DNA from: a virus
Lineage: Duplodnaviria > Heunggongvirae > Uroviricota > Caudoviricetes
Virus record (IMG/VR): IMGVR_UViG_3300040801_001888
DNA: 64,000 bases
Direction: 5' to 3' (one strand)
Shown: piece after piece, positions 63,480 through 64,000 of the stretch
How the letters are laid out: each line of letters begins with the position of its first letter
Position numbering within the stretch: position 1 is the first letter of the stretch
Made by a program: the position numbers and the translations under genes
The notes under the pieces: model-generated
The model's database searches: none
Told to the model about the DNA's origin: nothing
Seen by the model: the letters and a program-made list of their open reading frames with translations, nothing else

Positions 63480-64000
63480 AAAAAGATCGAAAGATAGGAT
63501 GGTCCCACCCTTCAGGTGGTTGCGGTAGGTTTTTGTATTGCCTCAGACGGTTGTAGCGGCAAAGCCGTAAGATAAGTTGGTTCCAGACCTTGACACCCTA
63601 GGGTAGATTTTTCGGTAGAATTTCGGGTTGCCTCAGGTGGATGTTCGCTAAGTCGTTGAAAACAAAGTCGAACGATAAGACGACCTTTACCCTCAAGAGG
63701 TTGCGGTAGAATTTTCGGTAGATTCGAGGCTTCGTTCGCTAAGTCGTTGATTTCAAAGGCGAACGATAAGACGACCTTTACCCTCAAGAGGTTGCGGTAG
63801 GTTTTCGCAAAGCCTCGAGCCGATCTATGGGGTCGTCCACGATTTGGCGTGTCCACATTTCGTGACCTTGACTGAGAAGCAGTCGCATTTGCAAGTGCTT
63901 GATTTTTGGTAGAATTTTCTGAAACCACGGGAAGCCGAGCCCGCTGTTCCGTCTCGCAGACGGCATCGGGAAGCCGAGCCCGCTGTTCCGTCTCGCAGAC
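63480..64000. repeat. non-coding repeat-rich region to the right of the early block
   Basis: Perfect 41-bp direct repeat cgaacgataagacgacctttaccctcaagaggttgcggtag at 63,669-63,709 and 63,760-63,800; at least 6 copies of GGTAG(A/G)(A/T)TTT(T/C)G; a 33-bp duplicate gggaagccgagcccgctgttccgtctcgcagac at 63,929-63,961 and 63,968-64,000. Confidence 0.6.

Noticed and set aside
63480-64000. Possible CRISPR array at the right end
   Set aside because: Repeats are of several different lengths (41, 33 and about 12 bp), irregularly spaced and partly overlapping, and there are no uniform repeat-spacer units; iterons, terminal repeats or regulatory repeats are better explanations.

Overview
The window looks like most of a tailed-phage (siphovirus-like) genome or prophage with roughly 60% GC, organised as two divergent blocks.

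**Rightward late block (about 1-26,053).** It encodes virion fibre proteins, including a 1,337-aa collagen-like (GPEGPEGP) repeat protein, then an Amidase_2/PGRP endolysin and a DUF285/BspA-type LRR protein. A lambda-like tail module follows: connector candidates, major tail protein, a chaperone with a -1 frameshift site, a tape-measure protein with an internal SLT motif, M/L/K-like proteins, a 2,034-aa I/J-like central fibre and a Tfa-like assembly protein.

**Leftward early block (about 26,050-63,375).** It is transcribed from at least nine near-identical sigma70-consensus promoters (TTGAC(T/A)-N16/17-TATAAT), each followed by a conserved leader. Replication genes are an SNF2 helicase, VRR-NUC, family-A DNA polymerase, DUF2815 SSB-like protein, DUF2800 Cas4-like nuclease and RecD/Pif1-like helicase. 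Nucleotide-metabolism genes are MazG-like, a dNMP kinase and a ThyA-family enzyme. There are also two HNH endonucleases, an SPFH lipoprotein, a SprT-like protease, a J-domain protein and two DNA adenine-methyltransferase cassettes. One Dam-like MTase is translationally coupled to a restriction-endonuclease-like ORF and may form a complete phage-borne type II R-M operon. A rightward prim-pol/P4-type primase-helicase (55,772-58,870) is embedded and is followed by a strong terminator, 14-bp iterons and an AT-rich origin-like patch.

No rRNA, tRNA or CRISPR array could be supported by eye. All functional calls rest on motif recognition in the translated ORFs, not on database searches.
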